The notes: generated from the sequence alone by a model not told the origin. A stretch of DNA of 64,000 nucleotides from an uncultured virus (IMG/VR IMGVR_UViG_3300005917_000001) (IMGVR_UViG_3300005917_000001); one strand, 5' to 3'; shown: positions 1 through 9,271, numbered from the stretch's first letter. Numbers and translations: made by a program.

Positions 1-28
1 GTTTTAATGTTTTAACCCGTTTGATTAA

Positions 29-700
29 TTGTTTTCTGTACGCCTGATTATCGTTGTTAAACTAATTTGCCACCTGTGTCAAGAAAAAAATGCACTTGTA
101 ACAAATAAATCGAAAAAAAGTTTAGAACAGCTATCAATTCTTATCGGAATTCCCAGGAAAGCATGGGTGCAGGGTCTGGCAAATTGGCTCCAGGTCAACC
201 GCACAACAGTTAGTACCTGGTGTAGAGAAGGAAGGGGGATACCACAAAAACATATCAAAAACATCGAAGCCCGAGGCTACCCACGTGAACAATGGTATAT
301 CGAAGAAGAAATCATAGAAGAATTGACATTGGGTGATCAAGCCAGCGCAGAAGTCATCCGTGGAGGCGTCATTGTGCCGGAGGATCCCTACAAGCCCAAG
401 GCAGATCAACCCCTAAGCCTGGTGGGGGATCGTGACGCCCGGGATCGCTCCGACATCGACAAACATCACGTTACCGCTCTAATTGAAGGTGACAATACGG
501 AATATATCGATACGCTGCGGTATATTTTAAAATCGGGTGACGAAATAACTAAGCTGGCCATCAAGGGCAATCTTACCGCATGCGCCAATCACATCAAAAC
601 GAAGGATAAAGTGGAAGATTTAGAAAGGGAGGTACAGCGACTAAGGAAATCTATCGCCTCGTCACCCAATCCCGGGAAGGATGGGACAGACGAGGCTTAA
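29..700 (+). CDS. Phage repressor-like HTH protein (true start probably downstream of 29)
   Basis: HTH-like segment VQGLANWLQVNRTTVSTW; lies upstream of the integrase, opposite in strand to the lytic genes. Confidence 0.6.
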   Translation: MFSVRLIIVVKLICHLCQEKNALVTNKSKKSLEQLSILIGIPRKAWVQGLANWLQVNRTTVSTWCREGRGIPQKHIKNIEARGYPREQWYIEEEIIEELTLGDQASAEVIRGGVIVPEDPYKPKADQPLSLVGDRDARDRSDIDKHHVTALIEGDNTEYIDTLRYILKSGDEITKLAIKGNLTACANHIKTKDKVEDLEREVQRLRKSIASSPNPGKDGTDEA

Positions 701-738
701 TTAGGCAAATAGGCAATATATTCTATGTGATTTTTTGA

Positions 739-807
739 CAACAATCAACAATCCCGCCCGCCTCGCCTGAAGGCGAAGCCGATGGCGGGCCGGCAACAAT
801 CAACAAT
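739..807. repeat. CAACAAT heptamer array interrupted by a 41-bp hairpin element (753-793)
   Basis: caacaat x2 [cccgcccgcctcgcctgaaggcgaagccgatggcgggccgg] caacaat x2; near-identical element in reverse at 47462-47502. Confidence 0.85.
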
Positions 808-810
808 CCA

Positions 811-1947
811 ATGCCTGTCCATACCAAAAAAAACGGTCTCGTCTACTGCGTCTACTATGACAACGGTAGACGGGTGTGGGAGCCCTTTGGCCGGGGTCCC
901 AATGCCCGGCCTTCGGCAAAGGCCCGGGATATGGAGATCAAACTCGAAAAACAACGGGGGCAATGGGCGCCCATTGCCTGGGGCATTTCCTATGGCCGGC
1001 TTATGGAACAGTATATCATCGCCCGCCGCCGCGAGTTGGCTCCCAAGACATGGGACGGCATCCTCAGGGCCGTCACCCAATACGCCAACCCGGTCATCGG
1101 CAAAGTGCCCATTAACCAGATCAATATGAATCACTGGCACCGGATCCAGAACGGCATGATCGATCGCGAGATCAAAAACCGGACCATTAACACCTATTTC
1201 AAATATATCTCATGGCCCCTCACCTGGGCCGTCAACGAAAACGACGACCTCCTGAAGGAGCACCCCTGGACCAAACGAAAGGCCCTCAAAGAGGCTAAAT
1301 ACAATATTGGCCTGTTCTCTTTAGCCGATTTCCTCAAAATCATGGCCGTGTCCCAGCCCCACCTGGCCTGGATCATAGAATTGGCATACTATACCGGGGC
1401 CAGACCCGGCCCCAAAGAACTGTTCAGCCTTACCTGGGACCGCATCGATGACATCCGATCGGCCATCCTCATAGACAGCGCCAAACAGGCCTCACAAAAC
1501 AGCAACCCGACCCGGTGGCAATACCTGCCCCCGGCCTATATCAAACGCCTGCGGCGGTACCAGACCCACACGCAGCGAAAATATCCCCACTGCCGGCACA
1601 TCTGCCACTACCGGGGACAACCCGTCCGATCCATCAAGACCGCCTGGCGCCGAGCCAAAACAGAGGCCGGGATCACCGAACGCATACGCCTCTACGATAT
1701 CCGCCACTATCACATCACCTACGCCCTGGCCGCCGGCGCCGACATAAAAGAATTAGCCGATCGCGTGGGTCACACCACCCCCAAAATGATAGTCGATGTC
1801 TACGCCCATCTCGCCAAAGACATCCTCAAAAACCAGCCCCACACCCTCCCGAATCTGCACCAAAATCAGCTCCCGGAGACCAAAATGGTAGACGCAAACA
1901 GTAGACGCAAAAAAAAGGCCGTCTCGAAAAACGGCCTAAGTACCTGA
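811..1947 (+). CDS. int: Tyrosine integrase
   Basis: TGAR..ELFSL, YDIRH, VGH..., VY catalytic motifs; N-terminal arm-binding-like region; adjacent to attP. Confidence 0.95.
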   Translation: MPVHTKKNGLVYCVYYDNGRRVWEPFGRGPNARPSAKARDMEIKLEKQRGQWAPIAWGISYGRLMEQYIIARRRELAPKTWDGILRAVTQYANPVIGKVPINQINMNHWHRIQNGMIDREIKNRTINTYFKYISWPLTWAVNENDDLLKEHPWTKRKALKEAKYNIGLFSLADFLKIMAVSQPHLAWIIELAYYTGARPGPKELFSLTWDRIDDIRSAILIDSAKQASQNSNPTRWQYLPPAYIKRLRRYQTHTQRKYPHCRHICHYRGQPVRSIKTAWRRAKTEAGITERIRLYDIRHYHITYALAAGADIKELADRVGHTTPKMIVDVYAHLAKDILKNQPHTLPNLHQNQLPETKMVDANSRRKKKAVSKNGLST

Positions 1948-2112
1948 AATTTTTGGTGGAGCTGAGGGGGATCGAACCCCTGACCTCATGACTGCCAGAT
2001 AGGGTCATGGGTGGCTGTGGGCGCTAAGTTGTTGAAATCATTAACCCGCCGTTGGAGACTTACCCGGAAAAACAGGTTGAAAAGAGGGTGGATGGTAGAC
2101 CAATGGTAGACG
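1885..2112. promoter_or_regulatory. Integrase arm-type sites flanking the attP core
   Basis: GTAGAC direct-repeat pairs at 1885-1907 and 2092-2112; CTAAGTnnYTGAAAT repeats at about 1936 and 2024. Confidence 0.65.
1954..1998 (-). other. attP core: 3' half of tRNA-Ala(GGC)
   Basis: Minus strand CTGGCAG TCATG AGGTC AGGGG TTCGATC CCCCT CAGCTCCA CCA gives anticodon loop, T arm and CCA; no 5' half upstream. Confidence 0.9.
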
Positions 2113-2131
2113 GAAGGATACCCAAACGTGG

Positions 2132-2371
2132 CTACTTAATAGAAAGAACATTGATCACTTTAATGGCCTCGGTCAGCGCATCAGCGTTTGACTGTTGGCC
2201 GTCCAGCGTGATTCTTATGTCTCCATCTCCTGTCTTCTCCAACTCAAACCCCTTGATGTGCTGATCGCCTATGCGGGTGTACTCCACGTTACCTGTGTCA
2301 GGATTGAAGCTGATACTTGCACATCCCATACAAAGCACGATTGCACAAATCAAAACAATTATCTTTTTCAT
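2132..2371 (-). CDS. Lipoprotein, possibly spanin-like lysis accessory
   Basis: Signal peptide with lipobox-like LCMGC; at the end of the lysis module. Confidence 0.55.
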   Translation of the reverse strand: MKKIIVLICAIVLCMGCASISFNPDTGNVEYTRIGDQHIKGFELEKTGDGDIRITLDGQQSNADALTEAIKVINVLSIK

Positions 2372-2381
2372 TTTAATCTCC

Positions 2382-2795
2382 TTATGGTGCTGTAATTACA
2401 TCTTTTTTATTTTCCGGATCAGCAGATCCAGCGGCAAACGCCCTTACTGAATGATACACGTACCATGCCCGAAATGAACACATACCATCCTCTAAGCATA
2501 CTCGCCTAAGTTCTATATCCCCTTCCAGTCTGTAGCGGATGTCAATTAACTGCATCCGTAATAATTGATAAATAGCATCGTGAACCAATGACCCGCGCAT
2601 AAACGTCAGGGTATCCCACGTTGGTCCCGAAGGACCATTCCAAGCATACCCATGACTGATTACCAGCTTCCCGTTTTTCGTGAGGGTCAGGAAATGCGTA
2701 GAAATATCCTCTTTTGGGAATATCGCAATCTGTATGCTGTAATCTGCAACGATCTGATATTTATAGCCTGCTTTATATTTGATTTGAGGTTTCAT
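2382..2795 (-). CDS. DUF1353-like phage protein
   Basis: GYAWNGPSGP and SLVHDAIYQ motifs. Confidence 0.65.
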   Translation of the reverse strand: MKPQIKYKAGYKYQIVADYSIQIAIFPKEDISTHFLTLTKNGKLVISHGYAWNGPSGPTWDTLTFMRGSLVHDAIYQLLRMQLIDIRYRLEGDIELRRVCLEDGMCSFRAWYVYHSVRAFAAGSADPENKKDVITAP

Positions 2796-2813
2796 TTGAA
2801 AGGTTGTCTATTA

Positions 2814-3251
2814 TCAGAGTAGATAAATATATTCCCCACCCTTCCGCGTCCATCTCTGTGTCCGGTCCTTTGGCCGTATGTCAACATGCCAGCCCGGCGT
2901 ACTGTTCCCGTTCCAGGTCCAATCCGGGTAAAACCCCAGCCCGGGAAAGCCCACCCGGGCCACTTCGTAATACTGCAGCCGCACTGGCGCCCCGGTCATA
3001 AAATGAAAATCAACGGCCTTACATCCCATGGCTTTCAGGTGATACGACCGGGCCGCGTGCCCGTGCGCCCCGTCAACATCCACTGCCCCGCCCACGGCCC
3101 AGTGGATCACCATGGGCCAGCCGGTCTGGATCCGCAGGCGCACAATCAGCACCAGGAACGCGGCATCGATCAGATCCCCACTCGCCTCCCCATATCGCGG
3201 ATCCTGAAACTCACTCCGCGTAAAATGCTCGATTCTGTCCCAGGCTATCAT
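2814..3251 (-). CDS. Endolysin, peptidase M15-like
   Basis: HFTRSEF, SYH...AVD and WHVD zinc-peptidase motifs. Confidence 0.8.
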   Translation of the reverse strand: MIAWDRIEHFTRSEFQDPRYGEASGDLIDAAFLVLIVRLRIQTGWPMVIHWAVGGAVDVDGAHGHAARSYHLKAMGCKAVDFHFMTGAPVRLQYYEVARVGFPGLGFYPDWTWNGNSTPGWHVDIRPKDRTQRWTRKGGEYIYLL

Positions 3252-3255
3252 GGCG

Positions 3256-3603
3256 TTATCCTCCGCTGTCGTGTGGTTTTGTGCCGTTCCGAATATCGAG
3301 ACGCAGGTCGGTCACCTGAGTCATCAACTTGTCCTGCTTGTCTGATATTTTGGCCAATGTGCTATCGTAACTCGTGAATATCCGGTCCTGGCTGTAAAAG
3401 AAAATCGCGTTGAAAATGCCTACAATCCCGACCGCAATGGTCAATATGGTGAGAAAGAGTTTTGTGGAGACTTTTTTCTCAATCGCCGACCAGACGCGTA
3501 TGGCCGTAGCGTCGTGATCTTCTCGACTTTTCTCCAAATTTTCAATCGCTTTATCTACTCCCGTGTGCATACTGCATGGCGGGCGATCCGCTGCGGCTGT
3601 CAT
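3256..3603 (-). CDS. Single-TM protein, holin candidate
   Basis: Hydrophobic helix LFLTILTIAVGIVGIFNAIFFY; directly upstream of the endolysin. Confidence 0.5.
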   Translation of the reverse strand: MTAAADRPPCSMHTGVDKAIENLEKSREDHDATAIRVWSAIEKKVSTKLFLTILTIAVGIVGIFNAIFFYSQDRIFTSYDSTLAKISDKQDKLMTQVTDLRLDIRNGTKPHDSGG

Positions 3604-3634
3604 AATATCCCTCGATTTGTTCTCCTGTTTTTCC

Positions 3635-3931
3635 TTATGTGAATGTAAAATACTTCCCTACCTGCTTAACCGTTGTATAAAAAGGCAACTCATCCTTATA
3701 CGCCTCGATCTGTTCGACCAAGACCGTTGAACTTGTGAACAACACATGGTGTTCCTTATCCATCTCAAACTGTAGCTGAAGGCATGGCAATGTTTTATGA
3801 TATCTACTCGGCTGTATCCGATAGCCCAGCACTTGAATCTCTTTATTAAACACGTCTGCAATCTTGACCTTAGCGCCATCAAGGGGCCGGTGATCTCCTG
3901 CAAAATCCTTAAACTGTTTTCTTTTAGGCAC
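3635..3931 (-). CDS. Small protein overlapping the end of the DGR RT gene
   Basis: 98-aa ORF overlapping the RT stop by 8 bp; beta-rich appearance, not Avd-like. Confidence 0.75.
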   Translation of the reverse strand: MPKRKQFKDFAGDHRPLDGAKVKIADVFNKEIQVLGYRIQPSRYHKTLPCLQLQFEMDKEHHVLFTSSTVLVEQIEAYKDELPFYTTVKQVGKYFTFT

Positions 3932-4934
3932 AATTTAATCTTGCCTCCAACTGCTCAATTTGCAGGTATGTTGTCAGGTTATGGGCATTGGCCCATTTGA
4001 GCCAGCCCTTTGTCGACGCCAGAGATCCACGGTATTGATCTATTGTGATCTTTCCCTTAGCTAATAGCCACGGTAGGGCTTTCAACCGTTTCTTGACCCG
4101 TTTAGCCGTAGATCTCCGGACTAACATATATTTCGGAAAATGCCGGTAGCCCAGGAAGTCAACACCTCTTGAGACAGGGAATAGGTCACACTTGCTAAAT
4201 GTCATCTTTAGCCTTGTCAATATAAAATCCCTGATGATCCGCATCATATCGTTGAGGTACTTCTTGTCATCATGGAACAGGCAGAAATCATCACAATATC
4301 TGATATAGTTCTTGACGTGGTGTTCGTGCTTCAGGAATTGATCCAACTCATTCAGATAGAGATTGCCAAACCATTGGCTGGTAAAATTACCGATTGGGAC
4401 GTTTTTCCGGCCGGGGAATGAATAGATGATGTTCTTGATCAGCCACAACGTGTCTTTGCACTTTATTTTCCGCCGAACTATCTCATAAAGGATGTCGTGG
4501 TTTACGGATGGATAGAATTTGGAGATATCTAATTTAAGGCAATATTTGTATTTTCTGACAAATTCCATAGTCTTCCTGCTTCCGGCATGTATTCCCTTGC
4601 CTTTTCGGCAGGCATACGAGTTGTGAATGAACATGGCATCCCATATCGGTTCTATAATGTTCATGAGTGCGTGCTGGATGATCCGGTCAGGATTGAAGGG
4701 TAATATATAAATCGTACGTTCTTTTGGTTCGTAGATCTTTTTCTCTTTGTATGGCGCGGTACGAAACGTTTTATTGACCAGGAGACGTTGAATATTGAAC
4801 ATGTTCTCATCAAATTTCATGTCAAAATACTTGATGGTATTCTGCCAGGTCTTTCCTTTCCTGGCGGCCTTATATGCCTCGTAGATATTGTGGATATCTG
4901 TTATTTGGCCCCAAAGATTTCCGTGTCGTCTCAT
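3924..4934 (-). CDS. DGR reverse transcriptase
   Basis: 336 aa; LKLDISKFY, PIGNFTSQ (DGR-type SQ), YIRYCDDF, DFLGY; no maturase or endonuclease extension. Confidence 0.97.
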   Translation of the reverse strand: MRRHGNLWGQITDIHNIYEAYKAARKGKTWQNTIKYFDMKFDENMFNIQRLLVNKTFRTAPYKEKKIYEPKERTIYILPFNPDRIIQHALMNIIEPIWDAMFIHNSYACRKGKGIHAGSRKTMEFVRKYKYCLKLDISKFYPSVNHDILYEIVRRKIKCKDTLWLIKNIIYSFPGRKNVPIGNFTSQWFGNLYLNELDQFLKHEHHVKNYIRYCDDFCLFHDDKKYLNDMMRIIRDFILTRLKMTFSKCDLFPVSRGVDFLGYRHFPKYMLVRRSTAKRVKKRLKALPWLLAKGKITIDQYRGSLASTKGWLKWANAHNLTTYLQIEQLEARLNCA

Positions 4935-5067
4935 GGTGTAATGGCCCAGGGAGCTTTCGGCCTTTACCTACTAACTCCCCTCGCCCTCCGTCATGTATTT
5001 TGCTCCGTGGCTTACGCCCCGAAACATGGCCGGTAGATCCAGCCAGGAGTTTTGCTCAAACCCTGTA

Positions 5068-5181
5068 TCCGCGCAACCGCGCCTGCCGATATTCGTATTC
5101 GTATTCCAGCGATAGTTATTCGCATTACGACAGCGGGACCTGCAATTCGTCCCATTATTCCAATTACCGCCTGCATGCAGC
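5068..5181 (-). repeat. DGR template repeat (TR)
   Basis: 114 bp matching 5258-5371; all 13 mismatches are at TR adenines on the coding strand; rich in AAT codons. Confidence 0.97.
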
Positions 5182-5205
5182 CGCACGACCTACCAGCCGT
5201 GATAA

Positions 5206-5220
5206 CGCGCCTGCGGCGCG
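5206..5220 (-). promoter_or_regulatory. DGR target-recognition hairpin downstream of VR
   Basis: CGCGCC-GCA-GGCGCG about 28 bp after the target stop codon. Confidence 0.75.
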
Positions 5221-5247
5221 CTCGTGATACGTGATATAGTGACATCG

Positions 5248-6291
5248 TTATAGTGGCTCCGCGCAACCGCGCCCGCCGATAGCCGTAGTCGTAGTCCAGC
5301 GATAGTTATTCGCATGACGACAGCGGGACCCGCAAATCGTCCCATCATACCAACTACCGCCCGCAAGCAGCTGAGTATTGCCATAATAATTAGGGGCAAT
5401 CCCATAAGTGTAAAAAGACCCCTTAGCTCCATCAAGGTCGACCCAGTCTCCAGCATGAGTTCCATCATCAAGCCTTGCAGCTGGAGTGACCAACCACTGA
5501 TACAGAGCCCCACAACAGTCCTCACAGCCGATATTGCTGATCATCCGGCGAGATGCGCTATCAGAATGCCCACCCGTGGTTACGGGATCAGAGTCACCAT
5601 TAATATTGGTTTCCTCATTGCTTCCGCCAGCGATCAACTGAAACTCTGGATCTCTCAGCATTCGCTTTCCAACGGCCCCGTAATCATCCACGAAATCCAT
5701 CCAGTTACGGGTGTCTGAAATCGTTCCGCCATTGACACTCACAGTAGAAGCCCCTGTTCCGCTTGCCAGATAGATGTCCACCCAGACCTGAGCTTCCTCA
5801 CTCCAGACCATACCCGCATTGCTTCCGCACCTGGCCCGGTGTTTCAGGTCCCAGACCGATTGTGGCAATATCCCGTTTGCAGGATGGTCGGTCAGTGTAT
5901 GCCCGCCAATCGTCCCAGCCGCAGCACAGATCGTATGAAACCCACCGATCTTACGGCTCGTGTTGGCATTATAACCGCTTGGATAGGTGCTGGCCGCTGA
6001 AATGAGAAAGACCAGAGACCCTGAATTGTCACACGCATACACATAATAATCCGTCCCCGCCGCAACAGCCCCGGTGTCCAGATCCGCCCCGGTGTCCAGA
6101 TCCGTGTCTGTATCGATGTAAAACCACTTGTCATTAATCAGTAAGGGGATTCGATTCGCCCCCTTGACCGTGACCTCGTCAGCATCTTTATATTCGATGA
6201 TCCGATCCAGCTTGTTCAGCATGAAGTTCGCTACAACAGCCCCGAGTAGGGCGTTCTGCGATTCAATCTGTGTTATCAGTCTATTTGCCAT
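5248..6291 (-). CDS. DGR target: Mtd-like receptor-binding protein (C-type lectin fold)
   Basis: SRKIGGFH, WVDIYL, GGSW...GSRC...IGGRG motifs; C-terminal VR. Confidence 0.9.
   Translation of the reverse strand: MANRLITQIESQNALLGAVVANFMLNKLDRIIEYKDADEVTVKGANRIPLLINDKWFYIDTDTDLDTGADLDTGAVAAGTDYYVYACDNSGSLVFLISAASTYPSGYNANTSRKIGGFHTICAAAGTIGGHTLTDHPANGILPQSVWDLKHRARCGSNAGMVWSEEAQVWVDIYLASGTGASTVSVNGGTISDTRNWMDFVDDYGAVGKRMLRDPEFQLIAGGSNEETNINGDSDPVTTGGHSDSASRRMISNIGCEDCCGALYQWLVTPAARLDDGTHAGDWVDLDGAKGSFYTYGIAPNYYGNTQLLAGGSWYDGTICGSRCRHANNYRWTTTTAIGGRGCAEPL
5258..5371 (-). repeat. DGR variable repeat (VR)
   Basis: Encodes the C-terminus of 5248..6291 (LLAGGSWYDGTICGSRCRHANNYRWTTTTAIGGRGCA). Confidence 0.97.
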
Positions 6292-6580
6292 CTGTCACCA
6301 CCTCCTTCTCCGTCACCAGATCATCCACAGCTTTTTTAGTTGCAAATCCTTTCTGTTTCCACACCGGATTCGGATTGTCTATTTCTTCCGTGACGAGATT
6401 TTTGTCTTCTTCCGAACCTGAGACAACTCTGATTACTTTAGCGTCATCAATCACCTGTAATCGTTTCAGGTCCGCCAATGCCTGCGTTTCGTATTCCGGC
6501 ATATCCAGTAGATTGTCAAAATCTTGCTTGTTCGCAATATGTTTTGGGTATCCTCGCATTTTTTCAACCTCCCTTATCAT
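6281..6580 (-). CDS. Hypothetical tail-associated protein
   Basis: ORF overlapping its neighbours in the tail operon. Confidence 0.6.
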   Translation of the reverse strand: MIREVEKMRGYPKHIANKQDFDNLLDMPEYETQALADLKRLQVIDDAKVIRVVSGSEEDKNLVTEEIDNPNPVWKQKGFATKKAVDDLVTEKEVVTDGK

Positions 6581-6984
6581 GAGTAATTCACAACGTATCT
6601 GATTGTTTTTGTTGCCCCTAATCTATTTTTGATTGCTATCCCTGTACCCGCATCATACACGCAAAGGTTGCCGTCCGTATCCGCCCCGACCGCGTTGGCC
6701 GAGTTAGATATCACCGTTACGACTCCCGCCGCCGTGAACCGAAATTCAATATATTCCTCGTTATCCCCGGCCATCGCTTGTCCCCAGCCGGTTTTCCCTG
6801 TGTCTAACGTTATTTCTGACTCGTCATTGACGGATTCGGAAACCATATTACCGCTATCCAGCCGCACCTCTACCCCTGCATCATCCTTTTTATATATCCC
6901 CCCACCTGCTTTCGGGTAAATAGCTATTTTGTCGGTTGATGGTGTACCCGGCGCGGCTTGTTCTTCTAATATTATCCTTGACAT
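6577..6984 (-). CDS. Hypothetical tail-associated protein
   Basis: ORF with AGGAG RBS. Confidence 0.7.
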   Translation of the reverse strand: MSRIILEEQAAPGTPSTDKIAIYPKAGGGIYKKDDAGVEVRLDSGNMVSESVNDESEITLDTGKTGWGQAMAGDNEEYIEFRFTAAGVVTVISNSANAVGADTDGNLCVYDAGTGIAIKNRLGATKTIRYVVNYS

Positions 6985-6993
6985 AGTTGCTCC

Positions 6994-7272
6994 TTATCCT
7001 ACGAGTATCATCATGCCCGTTCCCTGAATCTCTAAAATATCAGTTCCTTCCACGCTATATTCATCCCCGCCGATGAAGCTGCGGCCCGTGGGGATCGTGA
7101 AGTCCCCTGACGAAGCAATAGGGACATGATGGGATACTGTGCCCAGTTCGTGATTCGCGGCCCCATCACCAATATAGATCTGCTTAGTGTCCGTGCTGAA
7201 CCCGAATTCGCCGGCGTTAAGCGTCGGGAGTGACGCGTTTGCGCCTCTTTTTACCTGTATTGTGTTTGCCAA
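6994..7272 (-). CDS. Short protein with Mtd-N/hyaluronidase-like anchor domain (paralog of the 7778..8854 N-terminus)
   Basis: MANTIQVKRG..SLPTL.AGEFGFSTDTKQI.IGDG shared; TTG start. Confidence 0.65.
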   Translation of the reverse strand: MANTIQVKRGANASLPTLNAGEFGFSTDTKQIYIGDGAANHELGTVSHHVPIASSGDFTIPTGRSFIGGDEYSVEGTDILEIQGTGMMILVG

Positions 7273-7681
7273 GTTTGACCTTCTCTGTTAATTCGCCGAT
7301 TAAAGTATCTTTTTCGCGGATCACATTATTCAATGTCTCTATTTCTTTATCCTTTGCAGGGATTAAGTCTTCGAGCACGGCTTTATCATTTCTGACCTTA
7401 ACCAGCGCAGCATCCAACCGGCGATTATTCTCCTGGTAAAGGGCATTAGATTTCTGGAGCTCCTGTTTCTCGGCCTCCATCTCCGACCTCGCCTGAGTGA
7501 CGTCAGATGTCGCTGCACTCAAGGCCTGTGTTTTTTTTAGCATACTATCTAACAGCTTTTCATAATTGATCGCCTTGACTGCCTGTTTCCCTAATTCAAA
7601 TATCAGGTCGTCAGTGTCTACAACCGAGGGAAACCGCTCCTTGATCAAGGGTTCTTCCTGTGTAATCGTTGCGTCGTCCAT
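7217..7681 (-). CDS. Coiled-coil protein
   Basis: Start reassigned to MDDATITQ after the AAGGAG RBS; the upstream extension is a heptamer array. Confidence 0.65.
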   Translation of the reverse strand: MDDATITQEEPLIKERFPSVVDTDDLIFELGKQAVKAINYEKLLDSMLKKTQALSAATSDVTQARSEMEAEKQELQKSNALYQENNRRLDAALVKVRNDKAVLEDLIPAKDKEIETLNNVIREKDTLIGELTEKVKLGKHNTGKKRRKRVTPDA

Positions 7682-7705
7682 AATTGTATCGCTCCTTACT
7701 GATTC

Positions 7706-7773
7706 CTGGATACTGGATGCTGGATACTGGAGTCCTGCATCGTCCATCCTGCATCGTCCATCCTGCATCCAGC
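7706..7773. repeat. Facing heptamer arrays (CTGGATR / TCCTGCA-TCGTCCA)
   Basis: Visible 7-bp periodicity; intergenic. Confidence 0.8.
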
Positions 7774-7777
7774 ACAC

Positions 7778-8854
7778 TTATGCAAAGGCCCCGCCGTCAA
7801 TCGTACTCCCACTGTGCAGCAGCGTATTTGCTCCTGCGCCATGGACTCCGGTGGTTGCCGCATCGTGGTCAAAAGCCCAGTCACTGTTAGGCGCCTTTCC
7901 TGTTTCTCCATTGCTCGGAGATGCTTCTAAATAAGTGGCTGCAAAAGCCACAAACTCAAGCGCTGTTTCACCAGCATTAACGCGGGTTATCTTCAAGCTT
8001 TCACCGCTATAACTCGCTGGTGTATCGCTCAACCCGACAAAATCTGCCACGGGAGCCGCCGCGCTTGAGAACTGCGTAAAGGTAAGAGCGGTTGTATCAA
8101 CCGTAATGGTATCATTCGTGGTAAGAATCCAGCCCTCATCACCGTTAGCCGTACCCTGCTCGATGAAAGTAAAAGCCCCGGCGGTCACCTCTGCATCTGC
8201 ATCAAAGTCCGTTGCCCTGGTTAGGATAAAAGCAACGCCCGCCGTTCCCTCGGTCGTGACCTTGTAAATACCGTTATCAGCGCCCGTGACCTGGTCTTTA
8301 ACCAGAATTCGATCGTTGAGAACAGTGGCTACTCCATCAACCGTCAAAATACCCACCGCATCTGCCGTCAGCGTTTTCCCCACTCCCGACCCCGCCGCAG
8401 TACATGCAGGCAATGCCGCGGCCGTGGCCAATTTACACGAAGCATGAAGATCGAGGCCGCTCAATGTAGCATCAACATAATTCTTGGTTGCCACGTCTTG
8501 ATCGGCCGTAGGGTCCACAACCCCCGTAATCTTATGAGTATTTATCGCAAAATCAGCGCCGGCCTGACCGGATAAAATTGCCATAATCTCCGCGCCTGTA
8601 AGGGCGGCGATGTCTCCGGCCGTCTTACGACCGACGATTCTCTGTTCCGCCACCGTAACCGCGACAGGGGTGTCATCCGTAACCGCTGCCAACAGAGACT
8701 GCGCGTCAAACAGGGCATGCATCAAAACTTCGTGATTTGCCGCTCCATCACCAATATGGATCTGTTTGGTGTCAGTACTGAAACCGAACTCTCCCGCTGC
8801 CAGTGTCGGCAGAGAGGCGAACGCTCCACGTTTTACTTGAATTGTATTTGCCAT
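7778..8854 (-). CDS. Tail fibre/virion structural protein
   Basis: Mtd-N-like N-terminus; DRILVKDQ...NGIY...LTRATDFD phage structural motif. Confidence 0.75.
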   Translation of the reverse strand: MANTIQVKRGAFASLPTLAAGEFGFSTDTKQIHIGDGAANHEVLMHALFDAQSLLAAVTDDTPVAVTVAEQRIVGRKTAGDIAALTGAEIMAILSGQAGADFAINTHKITGVVDPTADQDVATKNYVDATLSGLDLHASCKLATAAALPACTAAGSGVGKTLTADAVGILTVDGVATVLNDRILVKDQVTGADNGIYKVTTEGTAGVAFILTRATDFDADAEVTAGAFTFIEQGTANGDEGWILTTNDTITVDTTALTFTQFSSAAAPVADFVGLSDTPASYSGESLKITRVNAGETALEFVAFAATYLEASPSNGETGKAPNSDWAFDHDAATTGVHGAGANTLLHSGSTIDGGAFA

Positions 8855-8873
8855 GATTTATTCTCCTTTTGCT

Positions 8874-8923
8874 TTATTTATTCGTTATTTGGGCCTTTCC
8901 CTAATAACTAATAACCAATAACT
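8874..8923. repeat. Inverted heptamer arrays (TTATTCG / AATAACY)
   Basis: Arrays face each other around a short core. Confidence 0.7.
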
Positions 8924-8926
8924 ATC

Positions 8927-9271
8927 TCAGAAACTCCCGCCATCAACAGCTTCCGCCTCATCTACGATGTCACTTTCATCTGCGTCATAAACCGACTTAC
9001 GCATCATTTCATCGTCTATTTCCTTCTGAAGGTTATCCACCGTTGTCTCTAACTCCGTCATGCTTATGGTTGGAGCCGTGGCAACATCAACCACAGTCCC
9101 GGTCGTAGGCGGAAGGACTTGCATGGTACTGTCCTTCAACAGCCATGCGCTGTTAGTCAGCTTGTTCACCCAAATAACAGCGTAATCATAGTCAGCGTCC
9201 GCGATAGTTGGATCACGTTCCCTGATCAGGGTTGTCTTTGTCGGTAATAATAGATCCCATCGTAAGGTCAT
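8927..9271 (-). CDS. Hypothetical virion protein
   Basis: ORF ending in DGGSF, similar to the IDGGAFA end of the next gene. Confidence 0.65.
   Translation of the reverse strand: MTLRWDLLLPTKTTLIRERDPTIADADYDYAVIWVNKLTNSAWLLKDSTMQVLPPTTGTVVDVATAPTISMTELETTVDNLQKEIDDEMMRKSVYDADESDIVDEAEAVDGGSF

Noticed and set aside
1954..2030. Complete tRNA gene
   Set aside because: Only the anticodon loop to CCA is present; no D arm or 5' acceptor strand
3924..4934. Group II intron or retron RT
   Set aside because: The SQ motif, small size and TR/VR pair identify a DGR
4971..5186. 71-aa ORF over the TR
   Set aside because: It is the open frame of the template repeat and has no independent evidence of being a gene
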